Below, in pieces: positions 62,722-64,000 of a stretch of 64,000 bases of DNA (position 1 is its first letter; every line of letters starts with the position of its first letter). The position numbers and the translations under genes are program-made. Below the pieces are notes generated by a model. The model did no database searches and was not told where the DNA came from. It saw only the letters and a program-made list of their open reading frames with translations. This DNA is from Paramoeba atlantica (lineage: Eukaryota > Protista > Discosea): NCBI GenBank assembly GCA_977017575.1, contig CDRNVI010000034.1:62001-126000 (forward strand). Direction: 5' to 3'.

Positions 62722-63579
62722 CTAGTGAAGCAGGTGTATTTTAGTGCGACTACAGAACTCTTGGTCAGTGAAACAGTGGCGCAATGCAGGACTGTGTGTT
62801 GAGAGATCTATCATTCCGCTAAGATCTCTATTTCCATCCAAAGTCAACCAAATCACCGTTCCGGGAAGCCTTTGAAAATCGACTTCGCCTTCGAAGAAAT
62901 TGTTCCTAAGATAAATGCGTCTCAAATTGCTTTTGATATCCCCGAACTGAGGGGTTCCAGAGAGTTCATTGTGGGAAACATCGAGAAACCTCAAAGACGC
63001 GGGTAATAAACCGAAATTCAATTCTCCCGTAAAACAGTTATCGTCGACTGAAATAACCTGCATGAAAACTGGAAGATTCTTTATTGATCCAGTAAATTTA
63101 TTACTCGAAAGCCGCAGTGTCTCGAGCTTTGGGGGAAACAGTTCAAACTCTACTAATCCACAAAGCTCATGACGACTAAGGTCCAATATAAGGACGGACT
63201 TTGGAAGATGTTCCCAGAAAAAGGTCCCTTGCAGATTGCATCCCTTCCAATCAATTGCCCCTACTTCTCCCTCTTCATTGCACCACACACCGTGCCACTC
63301 GCACGCAGGGGTGTTCGTGTTCCAAGTGGGGTTCAAATTCTTTATTCCTCGAACAAAGAGGTCCAATTTATATTCCTGAGGTAATTCACTGCCTTGTATC
63401 TTCCCTAGGCGAGTACTCGGAACATCGGCTGTGCATATACCCGAGCATTGTGTATGCAACGTCCAAAATATGACACTAATCATATTAAAATTTAGAAAAA
63501 GAAACCTGACTAAAGTCTTGATCCAAATGCGTTTCGAGATATATTTCTTAGAAATGGGGGAACTAATTCTGGGGGACAA
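62722..63579 (-). CDS. Short LRR-family protein
   Basis: ADVPSTRLGKIQGSELPQEYKLDLF..NPTWNTNTPACEWHGVWC, followed by about 7 LRRs. Start codon uncertain. Confidence 0.9.
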   Translation of the reverse strand: MSPRISSPISKKYISKRIWIKTLVRFLFLNFNMISVIFWTLHTQCSGICTADVPSTRLGKIQGSELPQEYKLDLFVRGIKNLNPTWNTNTPACEWHGVWCNEEGEVGAIDWKGCNLQGTFFWEHLPKSVLILDLSRHELCGLVEFELFPPKLETLRLSSNKFTGSIKNLPVFMQVISVDDNCFTGELNFGLLPASLRFLDVSHNELSGTPQFGDIKSNLRRIYLRNNFFEGEVDFQRLPGTVIWLTLDGNRDLSGMIDLSTHSPALRHCFTDQEFCSRTKIHLLH

Positions 63580-64000
63580 TCAAATTTGTGAAACTCAGTC
63601 AACGTTGTCAAATTATAAAAAATGCTGTATTCCCCCGTTAAGAAGAAGAAGAAGGTTCGGATGGCTCTGCAGCGCCAACTGTTAGGGTAGAGTCCCAGGT
63701 CACCGACCTTCATTGTCTTGCTACCCCATTCCCAGGCGGCACTCGACGCCTTGCGGCCCGAGCACGGCTACCCAACCGTAGCTACCAGGACGGGTGTCCG
63801 CTCCGTTGCATCGTGTAGGTTGTGTCTCAGGCCTCCTTTGCGCAAGCAGCTCGCAATTTAGAGGCTGCGCTGGAGCCTGGTTCAGCTCGACGGTTCCGGG
63901 TCGGTCCTCCAGGGGAGCGGTGCTGGGTGTGGGCATTGAAGGCACTCCTGATCGCTTTCCCTTTGTAGTGAGGCCGCCAGGTTGCGAGTTTTGCCGATAG

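Noticed and set aside
1-64000. rRNA or tRNA genes
   Set aside because: No rRNA signature or convincing cloverleaf was recognised by eye; tRNAscan-SE would be needed to exclude them fully.

Overview
Eukaryotic nuclear DNA, most likely from a kinetoplastid or close euglenozoan (possibly Perkinsela-like; this is an inference). Every recognisable host gene is an intronless ORF on the minus strand, as expected for one polycistronic cluster. Host genes: RPB1 (runs off the left edge), a mitochondrial-type two-HMG-box protein, a KREPA3/MP42-like editosome protein, an NSUN2/Trm4-like m5C methyltransferase, SURF1, a conserved kinetoplastid mitochondrial protein, a PCIF1/CAPAM-like cap methyltransferase, mitochondrial release factor 1, a SAP-domain protein and a TCAIM/DUF4461-like protein. 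Eleven members of one LRR gene family sit between them. The intergenic DNA is crowded with DNA-transposon material: pogo, Tc1, Merlin/ISXO2, a hAT relic, many TA-target MITEs and a Helentron/HINE-like family. Two observations stand out. (1) A complete twister-ribozyme fold (33798-33866, minus strand) lies about 165 nt upstream of a 2.75-kb array of 123-nt units rich in UUCG hairpins. (2) Two related insertions each begin with a spliced-leader-like sequence, end in an A-rich tail, and split one LRR gene whose reading frame is restored when both are removed. All calls come from reading the sequence and recalled motifs; no searches or folding programs were run.
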